A stretch of DNA of 32,000 nt from Kineococcus radiotolerans SRS30216 = ATCC BAA-149 (GCF_000017305.1 NC_009664.2:3750001-3782000); one strand, 5' to 3'. Positions 1 to 8,681 are shown, counted from the stretch's first letter. Notes: generated by a model not told the origin, from the sequence alone. Program-made: numbers and translations.

Positions 1-93
1 GGCTTCCGGCCCGAGCTGACGATCGCGCGGGCCCAGCTGGGACCGGCCGCGGGGCTGGTGGGGGCGGCGGACCTGTCCCGCGGCTGGGGCTGA
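1..93 (+). CDS. 3' end of a CDS entering from upstream (last 30 aa; possibly ROK-family sugar kinase)
   Basis: Frame 1 reads GFRPELTIARAQLGPAAGLVGAADLSRGWG*. The TGA at 91-93 shares its A with the ATG of the next gene (TGATG). The A.LG..AG..GAA ending resembles ROK glucokinase C-termini, but 30 aa is too short to be sure. Confidence 0.3.
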   Translation, partial: GFRPELTIARAQLGPAAGLVGAADLSRGWG

Positions 94-848
94 TGGCTCC
101 GCCGGGCGCGCGCGCGGTGACGCGGTTGCGCGTCGCGACCGTCAACGTCCGGGAGCTCCTCGACGACACCGCCGCGCTGGGCGCCCTGCTGCGCACGGCC
201 GCGGCCGACGTCGTGTGCGTGCAGGAGGCGCCCACCCACTCCCTCGCGGTGCACCGCCTCGGGGTCCTCGCCGCCGACGCCGGCCTGTGGGTCGCGGCCG
301 CGGGCCGGGACGGGGCGGGGACGGCGGTGCTGACCGCGGCGCGGGTCGACGTGCGAGCCGCGTCGGTGCGGGCCCTGCCCACCCCCCGCCGCCGGGGGTG
401 GAAGCCGGTGCGGCGGCGCGGGACGGCCGAGGTCGTCGTCCGGGTGCCGCTGGCGGGGGGCTGGTCGCGCGAGGTGCTGGTGCGCAGCGTGCACCTGGGG
501 CTGGACCCGGCCGAGCGGTCCGGGCAGGTGGCCCGGGTGCTGCCCGGGACGCCGCTGCCCGGGCCCTGCGGGCCGTGGTTCGACGCCCCGGCGGTCCTGG
601 CGGGGGACCTCAACGAGGAACCCGGCGGTCCCGTCCACGGGCGGCTGTCGACGGTCCTGGTGGACGCCGCCGACGCGGCCGGCTCACCCTTCCCGACCTT
701 CCCCGCCCGGGCTCCGCGGCGGCGCCTGGACCTGGTGCTCGTCGACCACCGCCTCAGCGTGACCGCGGTGAGCACCCCCGCGGGGGAGGCGGCCGCCGCG
801 AGCGATCACCTCGCCGTCGTCGCGGACCTGCTCGTCCCCGCGCGCTGA
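93..848 (+). CDS. endonuclease/exonuclease/phosphatase (EEP) family protein
   Basis: 251-aa ORF with N-terminal VATVNVREL...VVCVQEAP, central LAGDLNEEPG and C-terminal SDHLAVVADL. These are the typical EEP catalytic motifs (N/E, D-x-N, SDH). Confidence 0.75.
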   Translation: MAPPGARAVTRLRVATVNVRELLDDTAALGALLRTAAADVVCVQEAPTHSLAVHRLGVLAADAGLWVAAAGRDGAGTAVLTAARVDVRAASVRALPTPRRRGWKPVRRRGTAEVVVRVPLAGGWSREVLVRSVHLGLDPAERSGQVARVLPGTPLPGPCGPWFDAPAVLAGDLNEEPGGPVHGRLSTVLVDAADAAGSPFPTFPARAPRRRLDLVLVDHRLSVTAVSTPAGEAAAASDHLAVVADLLVPAR

Positions 849-861
849 GGGGGACGGCGGT

Positions 862-1470
862 TCAGACCACGGCCCCGTCGTCGTCGTCGTCGCGCGACCC
901 GGGCAGCCGGACGACGAGGGTGGCGAAGCCGGCCACGAAGACGGCGGCGGCGATCGCGGTGATCAGCCGCGGGGCGTCCTTCCAGCCCAGGGCCACCACG
1001 AGCAGGAAGAGGGGGGCCCCGACCACGGCGGCCCAGGCGGCCCAGCCGAGGACGTCGCGCGGCAGCGGCTGGGGCTCGGCGGGGACGAAGCCCTCCTCCT
1101 CGTCCAGGGCCCGCAGCTCGGGGGGCTCCTCGTCGCGCGGGGTCGCGGGCCGGCCCGCGGCGGGGACGTCCTCGCGGGGGGGCGGGGGCAGCGGGGCGGC
1201 CGGGCGGACCAGCCGCGGTTCGGGGCGGGCGGGTCCGGTGCCCGGGGCGGCCGCGGTGCCCTCGGCGTCGGGGCCCGCGTCGGTCCGGTCGTCGGGCCGG
1301 GTGCCGGCCCCGTCCGGTTCCCCGGGGTGCCCGGTGTCCTCGCGGGTGCTGCCGCCGCGGGTCCCGTCCCCGGCCGCGGGCGGGACGTCCTCCCCCCAGT
1401 GCGCGACGATCTCGGCGAAGGCCGCGTCGACGTCGAGGGGACCGGAGCCGTCGTCCGGGGTTCGGGACAC
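862..1470 (-). CDS. proline/acidic-rich membrane-anchored hypothetical protein
   Basis: ORF 862..1533, trimmed to an in-frame GTG at 1470 (GTG at 1485 is also possible). It has a long low-complexity Pro/Asp/Gly/Ala region. Two C-terminal hydrophobic helices follow (VLGWAAWAAVVGAPLFLLVVALGW; LITAIAAAVFVAGFATLVV) and then an acidic tail, SRDDDDDGAVV. No recognised family. Divergent from plsC. Confidence 0.5.
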   Translation of the reverse strand: MSRTPDDGSGPLDVDAAFAEIVAHWGEDVPPAAGDGTRGGSTREDTGHPGEPDGAGTRPDDRTDAGPDAEGTAAAPGTGPARPEPRLVRPAAPLPPPPREDVPAAGRPATPRDEEPPELRALDEEEGFVPAEPQPLPRDVLGWAAWAAVVGAPLFLLVVALGWKDAPRLITAIAAAVFVAGFATLVVRLPGSRDDDDDGAVV

Positions 1471-1578
1471 GCTCCATCGTGGCACGCCCGACCCGGGGTG
1501 GTCGAGGTTTCGGCGTGGCGCGGGCGCGCCCACCCGCTACTGTCCTGTGATCACCGCCGCGGACGAGAGGGGGAGGGC

Positions 1579-2394
1579 GTGCCCGGCTTCCCCGTCCTCT
1601 ACTGGCCGATCAAGCTGCTGGTGGCCGAACCGCTGGTGACCGCCGTGTTCCGGCCGTGGGTCCGCGGCCTGGAGCACGTCCCGTCCAGCGGCCCCGCCAT
1701 CCTGGCCAGCAACCACCTCTCCGCCGCCGACACGGTGCTGCTGCCGACGGTGGTGCAGCGGCGGGTCACGTTCATCGCCAAGGCCGACCTCTTCACCGGC
1801 CGCGGGCTGCGCGGCAAGCTCACCAAGGGCCTCATGCACGGCATCGGGCAGCTGCCCGTGGACCGCTCCGGCGGGCGGGCGTCCACCGCGGCCATCGACA
1901 GCGCCGTGCGGGTCCTGGGCGAGGGGGAGCTGCTGGGCATCTACCCCGAGGGCACCCGGTCCCCGGACGGGCGGCTGTACCGCGGCCGCACCGGGGTGGC
2001 CCGCATCGCGCTCGCCTCCGGCGCCCCCGTGGTGCCCGTGGCCATGATCGGCACCGAGGACCTGCTGCCGACGGGGCGGAAGCTGCCCCGGGTCCGCCGG
2101 GTGGGGGCCGTCTTCGGCCCGCCGCTGGACTTCTCCCGCTACGCCGGGCGCGGCGACGACCAGCTCGTGGCCCGCTCGATCACCGACGAGGTCATGTACG
2201 CCATCCAGAAGCTGTCGCGGCAGGAGTACGTCGACGCCTACGCCGAGCGCAGCCGGCTGCGCACCGAGCTCTCCCGCAGCACCGGCGTCCCCGAACCCCC
2301 GACGACCTCCAGCGGGGGGCCCGGGGGACGTGCCGCGCCCCCCGGGGAGGCGCCGGGGCCCGACGCGCCCCGGGACGGTGACGCGCACCGCTGA
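1579..2394 (+). CDS. plsC: 1-acyl-sn-glycerol-3-phosphate acyltransferase (lysophospholipid acyltransferase family)
   Basis: C-terminal 271 aa of ORF 1327..2394. GTG at 1579 is preceded by GAGAGGGGGAGGG (SD-like). It carries the NHLSAAD (HX4D) acyltransferase motif, FIAKADLF, and IYPEGTRSPDG (motif III). Position is equivalent to M. tuberculosis Rv2182c. Confidence 0.85.
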   Translation: MPGFPVLYWPIKLLVAEPLVTAVFRPWVRGLEHVPSSGPAILASNHLSAADTVLLPTVVQRRVTFIAKADLFTGRGLRGKLTKGLMHGIGQLPVDRSGGRASTAAIDSAVRVLGEGELLGIYPEGTRSPDGRLYRGRTGVARIALASGAPVVPVAMIGTEDLLPTGRKLPRVRRVGAVFGPPLDFSRYAGRGDDQLVARSITDEVMYAIQKLSRQEYVDAYAERSRLRTELSRSTGVPEPPTTSSGGPGGRAAPPGEAPGPDAPRDGDAHR

Positions 2395-2466
2395 TCGCGC
2401 GGTGGCAGAGTTCTCCCGGGACGTGATCGGGGCACCGGCGACGACGCCGGGGACTGGAGACGCACG

Positions 2467-3498
2467 ATGCGGGTCGGGATCCTCACCGGGGGCGGCGACT
2501 GCCCCGGGCTCAACGCGGTCATCCGGGCGGCGGTGCTGGCCGGCACCCAGCGCCACGGCATGGAGTTCGTCGGCTTCCTCGACGGCTGGCGCGGCGTGCT
2601 CGAGGGGGACACCGTCCCCCTCGACGAGGCCGCCGTGCGGCCGCTGCTCACCACCGGGGGCACGATCCTGGGGTCCTCGCGCACGAACCCCCTCGCCGAC
2701 GGGGTCGAGGAGGGCGTCGCCCGGGTGCGCGAGCGGTTGGGCGCCCTCGGCGTGGACGCCCTGCTGGTCATCGGCGGGGAGGACACCCTCGGCGTCGCGA
2801 CCGCCCTGCACGCCGCCGGGGTCCCGGTGGTGGGGGCGCCGAAGACCATCGACGACGACCTGTCCGCGACCGACGCCACCTTCGGCTTCGACACGGCCGT
2901 CCAGACCGCCGTCGACGCCTGCGACCGCCTCGCCACCACCGGCGCCAGCCACCACCGGGTGATGATCGTGGAGGTGATGGGCCGCCACGCGGGCTGGATC
3001 GCGCTGCACACCGGGATGGCGGCCGGGGCGCACGTGACGCTGCTGCCGGAGGAGGCGGTGGACCTCGACGCCGTGGCGGGGACCGTGCGGGCGGTGCTCG
3101 CCCGCGGTGGGGCCCCGCTGGTCGTGGTCAGCGAGGGCGCCGACGTGCACGGCGGGCCGGCGGGGGAGGACGCCCCGCGCGACGCCTTCGGCCACGTCCG
3201 GCTGCGCGGGGCGGGGGAGGCGCTGGAGCAGGAGCTGCTCGCCCGCGTCCCCGGCGTGTCGACCCGGGTGACGGTGCTGGGGCACCTGCTGCGCGGGGGG
3301 ACCCCCTCGGCGGCCGACCGGATCCTGGCCACCCGCTTCGGGTTGTCCGCGGTCGAGGCGCTGGCGAGCGGTGACCTGGGGACGATGGCCTCCCTGCACG
3401 GCGTCGAGGTGTCCCAGGTGCCGCTGTCCGAGGCCACCGGGGTGTTGCGCACCGTGCCCGGGGCGCGACGGGCCGAGACCGCGGGCATCCGTTGGTGA
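2467..3498 (+). CDS. pfkA: 6-phosphofructokinase, actinobacterial PfkA/Pfp family (phosphoryl donor not decidable from sequence)
   Basis: 343 aa with MRVGILTGGGDCPGLNAVIRA, IGGEDTLG, PKTIDDDL, MGRHAGWIAL and LGHLLRGG. These are the full set of PFK family-A motifs. Confidence 0.9.
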   Translation: MRVGILTGGGDCPGLNAVIRAAVLAGTQRHGMEFVGFLDGWRGVLEGDTVPLDEAAVRPLLTTGGTILGSSRTNPLADGVEEGVARVRERLGALGVDALLVIGGEDTLGVATALHAAGVPVVGAPKTIDDDLSATDATFGFDTAVQTAVDACDRLATTGASHHRVMIVEVMGRHAGWIALHTGMAAGAHVTLLPEEAVDLDAVAGTVRAVLARGGAPLVVVSEGADVHGGPAGEDAPRDAFGHVRLRGAGEALEQELLARVPGVSTRVTVLGHLLRGGTPSAADRILATRFGLSAVEALASGDLGTMASLHGVEVSQVPLSEATGVLRTVPGARRAETAGIRW

Positions 3499-3553
3499 CG
3501 CTGGGTGAGAACGGTGGCGGGCTCACCCCGCCCGGGGTGCGACACTGGCCCGC

Positions 3554-4954
3554 GTGAGCACTCCCACGACGACGAGTCCCCTCTCGTCGGGCCAGTCGAG
3601 CATCACGTGGCCCGACCTCCCCGCCGCCCAGCAGCCGCAGTGGCCGGACGCCGCGGCGCTGGCCGAGGTGCAGGCGGAGCTCGCGTCGTATCCTCCGCTG
3701 GTGTTCGCCGGGGAGGCGGACCAGCTGCGCGCGCAGCTGGCGAAGGCCGCCCGCGGCGAGGCGTTCCTGCTGCAGGGCGGGGACTGCGCCGAGACCTTCG
3801 CCGGCGCGACGGCCGACGGCATCCGCCGCCGGCTGAAGACGATGCTGCAGATGTCCGCGGTCCTCACCTACGGCGCGAGCCTGCCCGTCATCAAGGTCGG
3901 CCGGATGGCGGGGCAGTTCTCCAAGCCCCGCTCCAGCAACGACGAGACCCGCGACGGCGTCACGCTGCCCGCCTACCGCGGCGACGCCGTCAACGACTAC
4001 GCGTTCACGCCCGAGTCCCGCGTCCCGGACCCGCAGCGGCTGCTGCGCGCGTACCACACGTCCTCGGCGACGCTGAACCTCATCCGGGCGTTCACCACCG
4101 GCGGGTACGCCGACCTGCGCAAGGTCCACGAGTGGAACCGCGGGTTCGCGGCCACCGCGGCCAACGCGAAGTACGACTCCCTGGCCCGCGACATCGACAA
4201 GGCCATGCGGTTCATGGCCGCCTGCGGCGCCGACTTCGACGCGCTGCAGACGGTGCAGTTCTGGTCCAGCCACGAGGCGCTGCTGCTGGACTACGAACGT
4301 CCGCTGACCCGCACCCTCGACGAGGAACCCCCGCTGGCCGGCGCCGCGCCGGACGACGTGCGCCAGGGCGGCCCGTACGACGTGGCCGCGCACATGGTGT
4401 GGATCGGGGAGCGCACCCGGCAGCTCGACGGCGCCCACGTCGACTTCGCCGCCCGGATCCGCAACCCGATCGGGATCAAGCTGGGGCCGAAGACCTCCGT
4501 CGACGACGCCCTCGCGCTCATCGACAAGGTCGACCCCTACCGCGAGCCGGGCCGGTTGACCTTCATCACCCGCATGGGCGCCTCGACGATCCGCGAGGCC
4601 CTGCCCGCTCTCGTCGAGGGCGTCACGCGCTCCGGCGCCCAGGTCACCTGGGTCTGCGACCCCATGCACGGCAACACGATCACCTCGACCAGCGGGTACA
4701 AGACCCGCCGGTTCGACGACGTCGTGGACGAGGTCCGCGGCTTCTTCGAGGTGCACCGCGCGCTGGGCACCGTCCCCGGCGGCCTGCACGTCGAGCTCAC
4801 CGGGGACGACGTCACCGAGTGCCTCGGCGGGGCCTACGACATCGACGACGCGGCGCTGGCGACCCGCTACGAGTCGCTGTGCGACCCGCGGCTGAACCAC
4901 CAGCAGTCCCTGGAGCTGGCGTTCCTCGCCGCGGAGATGCTCGCCGAGCGCTGA
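3554..4954 (+). CDS. aroG: class II 3-deoxy-7-phosphoheptulonate (DAHP) synthase
   Basis: 466 aa with a GTG start. It shows AQQPQWPD...YPPLVFAGE...FLLQGGDCAE, KVGRMAGQFSKPRS and CDPMHGNT. Length and motifs are typical of plant-like/actinobacterial class II DAHP synthase (M. tuberculosis Rv2178c type). Confidence 0.92.
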   Translation: MSTPTTTSPLSSGQSSITWPDLPAAQQPQWPDAAALAEVQAELASYPPLVFAGEADQLRAQLAKAARGEAFLLQGGDCAETFAGATADGIRRRLKTMLQMSAVLTYGASLPVIKVGRMAGQFSKPRSSNDETRDGVTLPAYRGDAVNDYAFTPESRVPDPQRLLRAYHTSSATLNLIRAFTTGGYADLRKVHEWNRGFAATAANAKYDSLARDIDKAMRFMAACGADFDALQTVQFWSSHEALLLDYERPLTRTLDEEPPLAGAAPDDVRQGGPYDVAAHMVWIGERTRQLDGAHVDFAARIRNPIGIKLGPKTSVDDALALIDKVDPYREPGRLTFITRMGASTIREALPALVEGVTRSGAQVTWVCDPMHGNTITSTSGYKTRRFDDVVDEVRGFFEVHRALGTVPGGLHVELTGDDVTECLGGAYDIDDAALATRYESLCDPRLNHQQSLELAFLAAEMLAER

Positions 4955-4962
4955 CCCGCCCC

Positions 4963-5008
4963 GGAGCGGTGGTCCGGCGGGGGGGAATCCCCGCGGGGCC
5001 ACCGCTCC
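4963..5008. terminator. bidirectional stem-loop between convergent aroG and kinase genes
   Basis: GGAGCGGTGG...CCACCGCTCC outer arms with inner GCGGGG/CCCCGC pairing. It lies in the 70-nt gap between two stop codons. No U-tract, as is common in high-GC actinobacteria. Confidence 0.5.
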
Positions 5009-5024
5009 GTCGTCCCCGGCCCGC

Positions 5025-6896
5025 TCAGACGACGGTCAGGGTGACGGTGGAGCCCTTGGGGACGGACTGCCCGGCCGGGGGGTCGCTGTCGCGCACGGTC
5101 CCGAAGACCCCGCCCAGGACGTTGTTCACCTGCACCCGGAAGCCGAGGCCCTCCAGTTGGGCGCGGACCGCGTCGACCTGCTTGCCCTGCACCGCCGGCA
5201 CCTGCACCAGCGGGGGGCCGGAGGAGACGACGAGGGCGACGGGGTCACCGCGGAACAGCGTGCCGTCGACGGGGTCCTGGGAGATGACCTGCCCGGCGGC
5301 GACGGTCTCGCTGACCTGGCGGGTGACCGCGCCGACGGTGAGACCCGCGTCGGTGATCGCCTCCTGCGCCGCGTCCTGGGTGCGCCCGACGAGCCCGGGC
5401 ACCCCGATGGGTTCCCGGCCCTTGGAGACCACGAGCGCGACGGGGGAGTCGTGGGGGACGACCGTGGCCGCCGCGGGGTCGGTCCGCACGACCGCGCCCT
5501 CGGCGACGTCCTCGCTGAACTCCTCGGTGACCGCGCCCACCGCGAGGTCGGTGCCGGTGAGGAGGTCCTGGGCCTCCTCGCGGGTCCGGCCCACGACGTC
5601 GGGCACGGGGAACTGCTGGACCCCCTGGCTGACGACGAGGGTCACCGTCCCGTCCTTGCGGACGCGCTCGCCGTCGCCGGGGTCGCTGGTGACGACGAGC
5701 CCCTGCGGGACGGTGTCGCTGAAGCCCTGCTCCTCCTGCACCCCGAGGCCGGCGGCCCGCAGGACGGCGGTGGCCTCCTGCGGGGACTTCCCCGCGACGG
5801 CCGGGGTGGTGGTGTACGCGCCGGGGCCGGCGGTGAGGTACCAGGCCACGCCCGCGGCGACCGCCAGGACGAGCAGGACCAGACCCGCGAGCAGCCCGCG
5901 CCGGGACCGGCGCCCGGGGTGGACCGGGCGGGGCGGGGGAGCCGCGGCGGCCAGGGCCCCGAGGCGGGTGGTGCTGCCCGGCGCCGCCGTCCCCGCCGGG
6001 CGCGGGGGGCGGGTCCCGAGCTGCTCGGGGGTCAGCGACGCCCGCACCGCGCGCAGCTGCTCGAGCATCTCCCCGGCGTCGGCGGGACGTTCGTCGGGGT
6101 CCTTGGCCAGGGCGTCGAGGACGAGGGCGTCCAGCGCCGGCGGCAGGCCGGGCACCCGCGTCGAGGGCGGGGGGACCGGCTCGTGGACGTGCTTGTAGGC
6201 GATCGCGAAGGGGCTCTCCCCGGTGAACGGGGGCGTCCCGGTGAGCACCTCGTGGAGGACCACCCCCACGCCGTACACGTCGCTGCGGGTGTCGGTCTCA
6301 CCCGTCTCCAGCTGCTCGGGGGCCAGGTACTCCGCGGTGCCCATGAGGTCGCCCATGCCGACGGTGGTGCTCTGACCGCCCGGGCTGACGACGCGGGCCA
6401 GGCCGAAGTCGGCGACCTTGACCCGGCCGTCGTCGGCGACGAGCACGTTGGCCGTCTTCACGTCGCGGTGCAGGACGCCCTTGCGGTGGGCCTCGGCGAG
6501 GGCTTCCAGGACGTCGCCGACGACGCTCAGCGCCTCGCCGGGGGTGAGGGCGCCGGAGTCGAGGACGACGTCGCGCAGGGTGCGGCCGTCGACGAGCTCC
6601 ATCACCAGGTACGCCGTCTCCAGGCCGCCCTCGTGGTCGACGCCCTGGTCGAGGACGGCGACGACCCCGGGGTGGGCGAGGCGGGCCGCGGACTTGGCCT
6701 CCCGCACGAACCGGGCCCGGGCGGCGGGGTCGTGGGCGAGGTCGGCGCGCAGCACCTTCAGGGCCACGGCGCGCTCGAGCCGTTCGTCCTCGGCGCGGTA
6801 GACGACCCCCATCCCCCCGCGGCCGATCCGCCCCAGGACGCGGTAGCGACCGTCGAGGCGTCGCCCCACGAGGGGGTCGGAGAGGGTGGCGTCCAC
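5025..6896 (-). CDS. Ser/Thr protein kinase with four extracellular PASTA repeats (PknB/PknL-like)
   Basis: ORF 5025..7151 trimmed to GTG at 6896, because upstream ORF sequence overlaps the preceding gene. Hanks kinase motifs are present: GRGGMGVVYRA, ALKVL, HRDVKTANVLV, DFGLAR, APEQ. One TM helix follows (LLAGLVLLVLAVAAGVAWYL), then four ~65-aa PASTA-like repeats (e.g. VPDVVGRTREEAQDLL...VVSKG). Confidence 0.9.
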   Translation of the reverse strand: MDATLSDPLVGRRLDGRYRVLGRIGRGGMGVVYRAEDERLERAVALKVLRADLAHDPAARARFVREAKSAARLAHPGVVAVLDQGVDHEGGLETAYLVMELVDGRTLRDVVLDSGALTPGEALSVVGDVLEALAEAHRKGVLHRDVKTANVLVADDGRVKVADFGLARVVSPGGQSTTVGMGDLMGTAEYLAPEQLETGETDTRSDVYGVGVVLHEVLTGTPPFTGESPFAIAYKHVHEPVPPPSTRVPGLPPALDALVLDALAKDPDERPADAGEMLEQLRAVRASLTPEQLGTRPPRPAGTAAPGSTTRLGALAAAAPPPRPVHPGRRSRRGLLAGLVLLVLAVAAGVAWYLTAGPGAYTTTPAVAGKSPQEATAVLRAAGLGVQEEQGFSDTVPQGLVVTSDPGDGERVRKDGTVTLVVSQGVQQFPVPDVVGRTREEAQDLLTGTDLAVGAVTEEFSEDVAEGAVVRTDPAAATVVPHDSPVALVVSKGREPIGVPGLVGRTQDAAQEAITDAGLTVGAVTRQVSETVAAGQVISQDPVDGTLFRGDPVALVVSSGPPLVQVPAVQGKQVDAVRAQLEGLGFRVQVNNVLGGVFGTVRDSDPPAGQSVPKGSTVTLTVV

Positions 6897-6928
6897 GATC
6901 AGCGAGTCTAGGTCGCCCCGGGCCCGCG

Positions 6929-8101
6929 TCAGCTGAAGCGCGCCTGCAGCGTCTGCACGTTCGCCACGTAGCGTCGCGTGTCGTCGTACATCCCGCGCGA
7001 GCGCACCGACGCCTGGCCCTGGTAGTACGAGGCGATCGCGACGTCCGGGGGGTTGTTCGCCACCAGCGTGCGCAGGATCGCGACCCCGGCCCGGGCGTTG
7101 TCGCGGGCGTCGAAGAGGTCGATGGGCTGTCCCAGCAGGTCCGAGGCCCACTCCCCGGAGCTGGGGATGACCTGCATCGCCCCGATGGCGTTGGCGTGGG
7201 AGACGACCTTCATGTTGAAGCCGGACTCCTGGTAGCCGATGGCCAGGGCCAGGGACGGGTCCACCCCGAGCTTCACGGCGGTGGAGCGGATGATCTCGCG
7301 CATCTCCTCCCGCCCGGGCTGGGAGGAGGCCTGGATCCGGGCGCGGTTGACCTCCACGGCCTCGCTGACCGTGGCGGCCCGCGTGGGCGCGGGCGTCGCG
7401 GGCCGGGCCGGGGTGCTCGCGGCCGGTGGCCGGCCGAGGCGCAGCTGCTGGCCCTCGACGATGAAGCCGGTGTCGTCGAGGCCGTTGAGCGCGACGAGGT
7501 CCTCGACCCCGACCCCGGTCGAGAGCGCGATGTGCGACAGCGTGTCCCCGGCGCGGACGGTGTACGTGGCGTCCCCGGCCGCGCCGCCGGTCTTCGCCTG
7601 GGAGCCGCCGCCCGTCCCGCCGGGCAGGGTGAGCTCCTGGCCCTCGCGGATGAACCCGTCGGCGCTCAGGCCGTTGGCCTCGCGCAGCGCCGCGACCGTC
7701 GTGCCCCGGGTCAGCGCGATGCCGCTGAGGGTCTCCCCGGCCCGGACGGTGTGGGTGCCGCCGGCCGGGGCTCCCGCGGGGCCGCCGTCGGCCGCGGGCC
7801 GCGGCACCCGCAGCTGCTGCCCCTCCACGATCTGCGCGTTCCCGTCGAGGCCGTTGGCCTCGACGATCGCCTCGACGGTCGTGCCGGCGCGGCGGGCGAT
7901 GCCGCCGACGGTGTCGCCGGCCCGGACGGTGACGGTGTCCTCGGGGCTCGCGGCGTGCGCGGCGGCCGGCGCGGCCTGGGCGGCGGGCACGAGGGCGGTG
8001 GGGGCGGCGGCGCCGACGAGGGCGGCGGCCAGCCAGCGGCCCCGCCGGGAGCGCTCGCCGGTCTTCTCGGGTGCGTCCGTCGGGTCGTGGTCGTCGGCCA
8101 T
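6929..8101 (-). CDS. secreted 3xLysM lytic transglycosylase (SLT domain)
   Basis: ORF 6929..8665 trimmed to ATG at 8101 (MADDHD...). The Arg-rich signal RSRRGRWLAAALVGAAAP may be Tat-type. There are three LysM repeats (VRAGDTVGGIA..., VRAGETLSGIA..., VRAGDTLSHIA...). The C-terminal SLT core is LALAIGYQESGFN...AIGAMQV...SYYQG. The stop lies 32 nt upstream of the kinase start. Confidence 0.85.
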   Translation of the reverse strand: MADDHDPTDAPEKTGERSRRGRWLAAALVGAAAPTALVPAAQAAPAAAHAASPEDTVTVRAGDTVGGIARRAGTTVEAIVEANGLDGNAQIVEGQQLRVPRPAADGGPAGAPAGGTHTVRAGETLSGIALTRGTTVAALREANGLSADGFIREGQELTLPGGTGGGSQAKTGGAAGDATYTVRAGDTLSHIALSTGVGVEDLVALNGLDDTGFIVEGQQLRLGRPPAASTPARPATPAPTRAATVSEAVEVNRARIQASSQPGREEMREIIRSTAVKLGVDPSLALAIGYQESGFNMKVVSHANAIGAMQVIPSSGEWASDLLGQPIDLFDARDNARAGVAILRTLVANNPPDVAIASYYQGQASVRSRGMYDDTRRYVANVQTLQARFS

Positions 8102-8185
8102 GGCGGATCCCTCGCAGGTCGTGACGGGCGGTTCTGGTGGGGCGGGGGTGAACCTATCGGACGACGCCGCCGCCACCACCCCACG

Positions 8186-8647
8186 ATGGTCGACGGACCC
8201 CCACCGACGTGGGAGGTGCATGGGCGCGTCGTGAGGCGGCAGACTGGTGGGGTGGTCGCACCGTTGAGAGCAGAGATCGCCCGTGAGCAGGGCACCGACG
8301 AGCTGGACGCCCTGGTCCCCGAGTGGCTCACCGTCCCCGGCGTGGCCGAGGTGACCGGCGTCGACCAGCGCGTCGTGCGCCGCTGGCTGCAGGAGCGCGA
8401 GATCGTCGCCGTCCGCCGCGGGGAGCGTTCGGTGGCGCAGGTCCCCGCCGGGTTCGTCACCCCCGAGGGTCCGCTGAACCACCTCAAGGGCACCCTGTCG
8501 GTGCTCGTGGACTCCGGGTACACCGACACCGAGGCCATCGGGTGGCTCTACACCCCCGACGACTCCCTGCCCGGGACGCCCATCGAGGCGCTGCGGGCCA
8601 ACCGCAAGACCGAGGTCCGGCGCCGGGCGCAGGCCCTCGGCTTCTGA
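8186..8647 (+). CDS. Rv2175c-like helix-turn-helix DNA-binding protein
   Basis: C-terminal part of ORF 7196..8647. The ATG at 8186 is the first plausible start, and later GTGs are possible. LTVPGVAEVTGVDQRVVRRWLQEREIVAVRR, DSGYTDTEAIGWLYTPDDSL and EVRRRAQALGF line up with my recollection of M. tuberculosis Rv2175c (LVAVRR, GGYRDTEIMRWLFTPDPSL, EVVRRAQAMAY). Confidence 0.75.
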   Translation: MVDGPPPTWEVHGRVVRRQTGGVVAPLRAEIAREQGTDELDALVPEWLTVPGVAEVTGVDQRVVRRWLQEREIVAVRRGERSVAQVPAGFVTPEGPLNHLKGTLSVLVDSGYTDTEAIGWLYTPDDSLPGTPIEALRANRKTEVRRRAQALGF

Positions 8648-8652
8648 CGGGA

Positions 8653-8677
8653 GGGGCCGGGCCACCGGCCCGGCCCC
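8653..8677. terminator. perfect 11-bp stem / 3-nt loop hairpin between convergent genes
   Basis: GGGGCCGGGCC-acc-GGCCCGGCCCC sits in the 34-nt gap between the stop of the Rv2175c-like gene (8647) and the stop of crtB (8682). Confidence 0.6.
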
Positions 8678-8681
8678 GCGG

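Noticed and set aside
4135-4147. Additional LexA-box-like strings GAAC-N5-GTTC (also at 9788-9800, ~15033, ~19494)
   Set aside because: The spacer is 5 nt, not 4. The flanks are not palindromic and all lie inside coding sequence, so these are most likely chance matches.
1537-6198. Long ORFs 1537..3399 -, 2238..3545 -, 3128..5002 -, 3505..6198 + overlapping plsC, pfk, aroG and the kinase
   Set aside because: They are antisense or alternate-frame shadows of well-supported housekeeping genes, with low-complexity translations.
6897-7151. N-terminal extensions of listed ORFs (e.g. kinase to 7151, SLT to 8665, crtB to 10178, desaturase to 15663, GT2 to 16112, transglutaminase to 31656, plsC from 1327)
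   Set aside because: The extensions overlap the upstream gene's coding sequence and translate to Arg/Pro-rich junk. Homology-like sequence starts only at internal GTG/ATG codons, which frequently overlap the upstream stop.
5025-8101. Repeated ~200-nt units in the kinase (PASTA) and SLT (LysM) genes as DNA repeats or a CRISPR-like array
   Set aside because: These are in-frame protein-domain repeats with diverged DNA sequence and no spacer/repeat regularity, so they are not a nucleic-acid repeat element.
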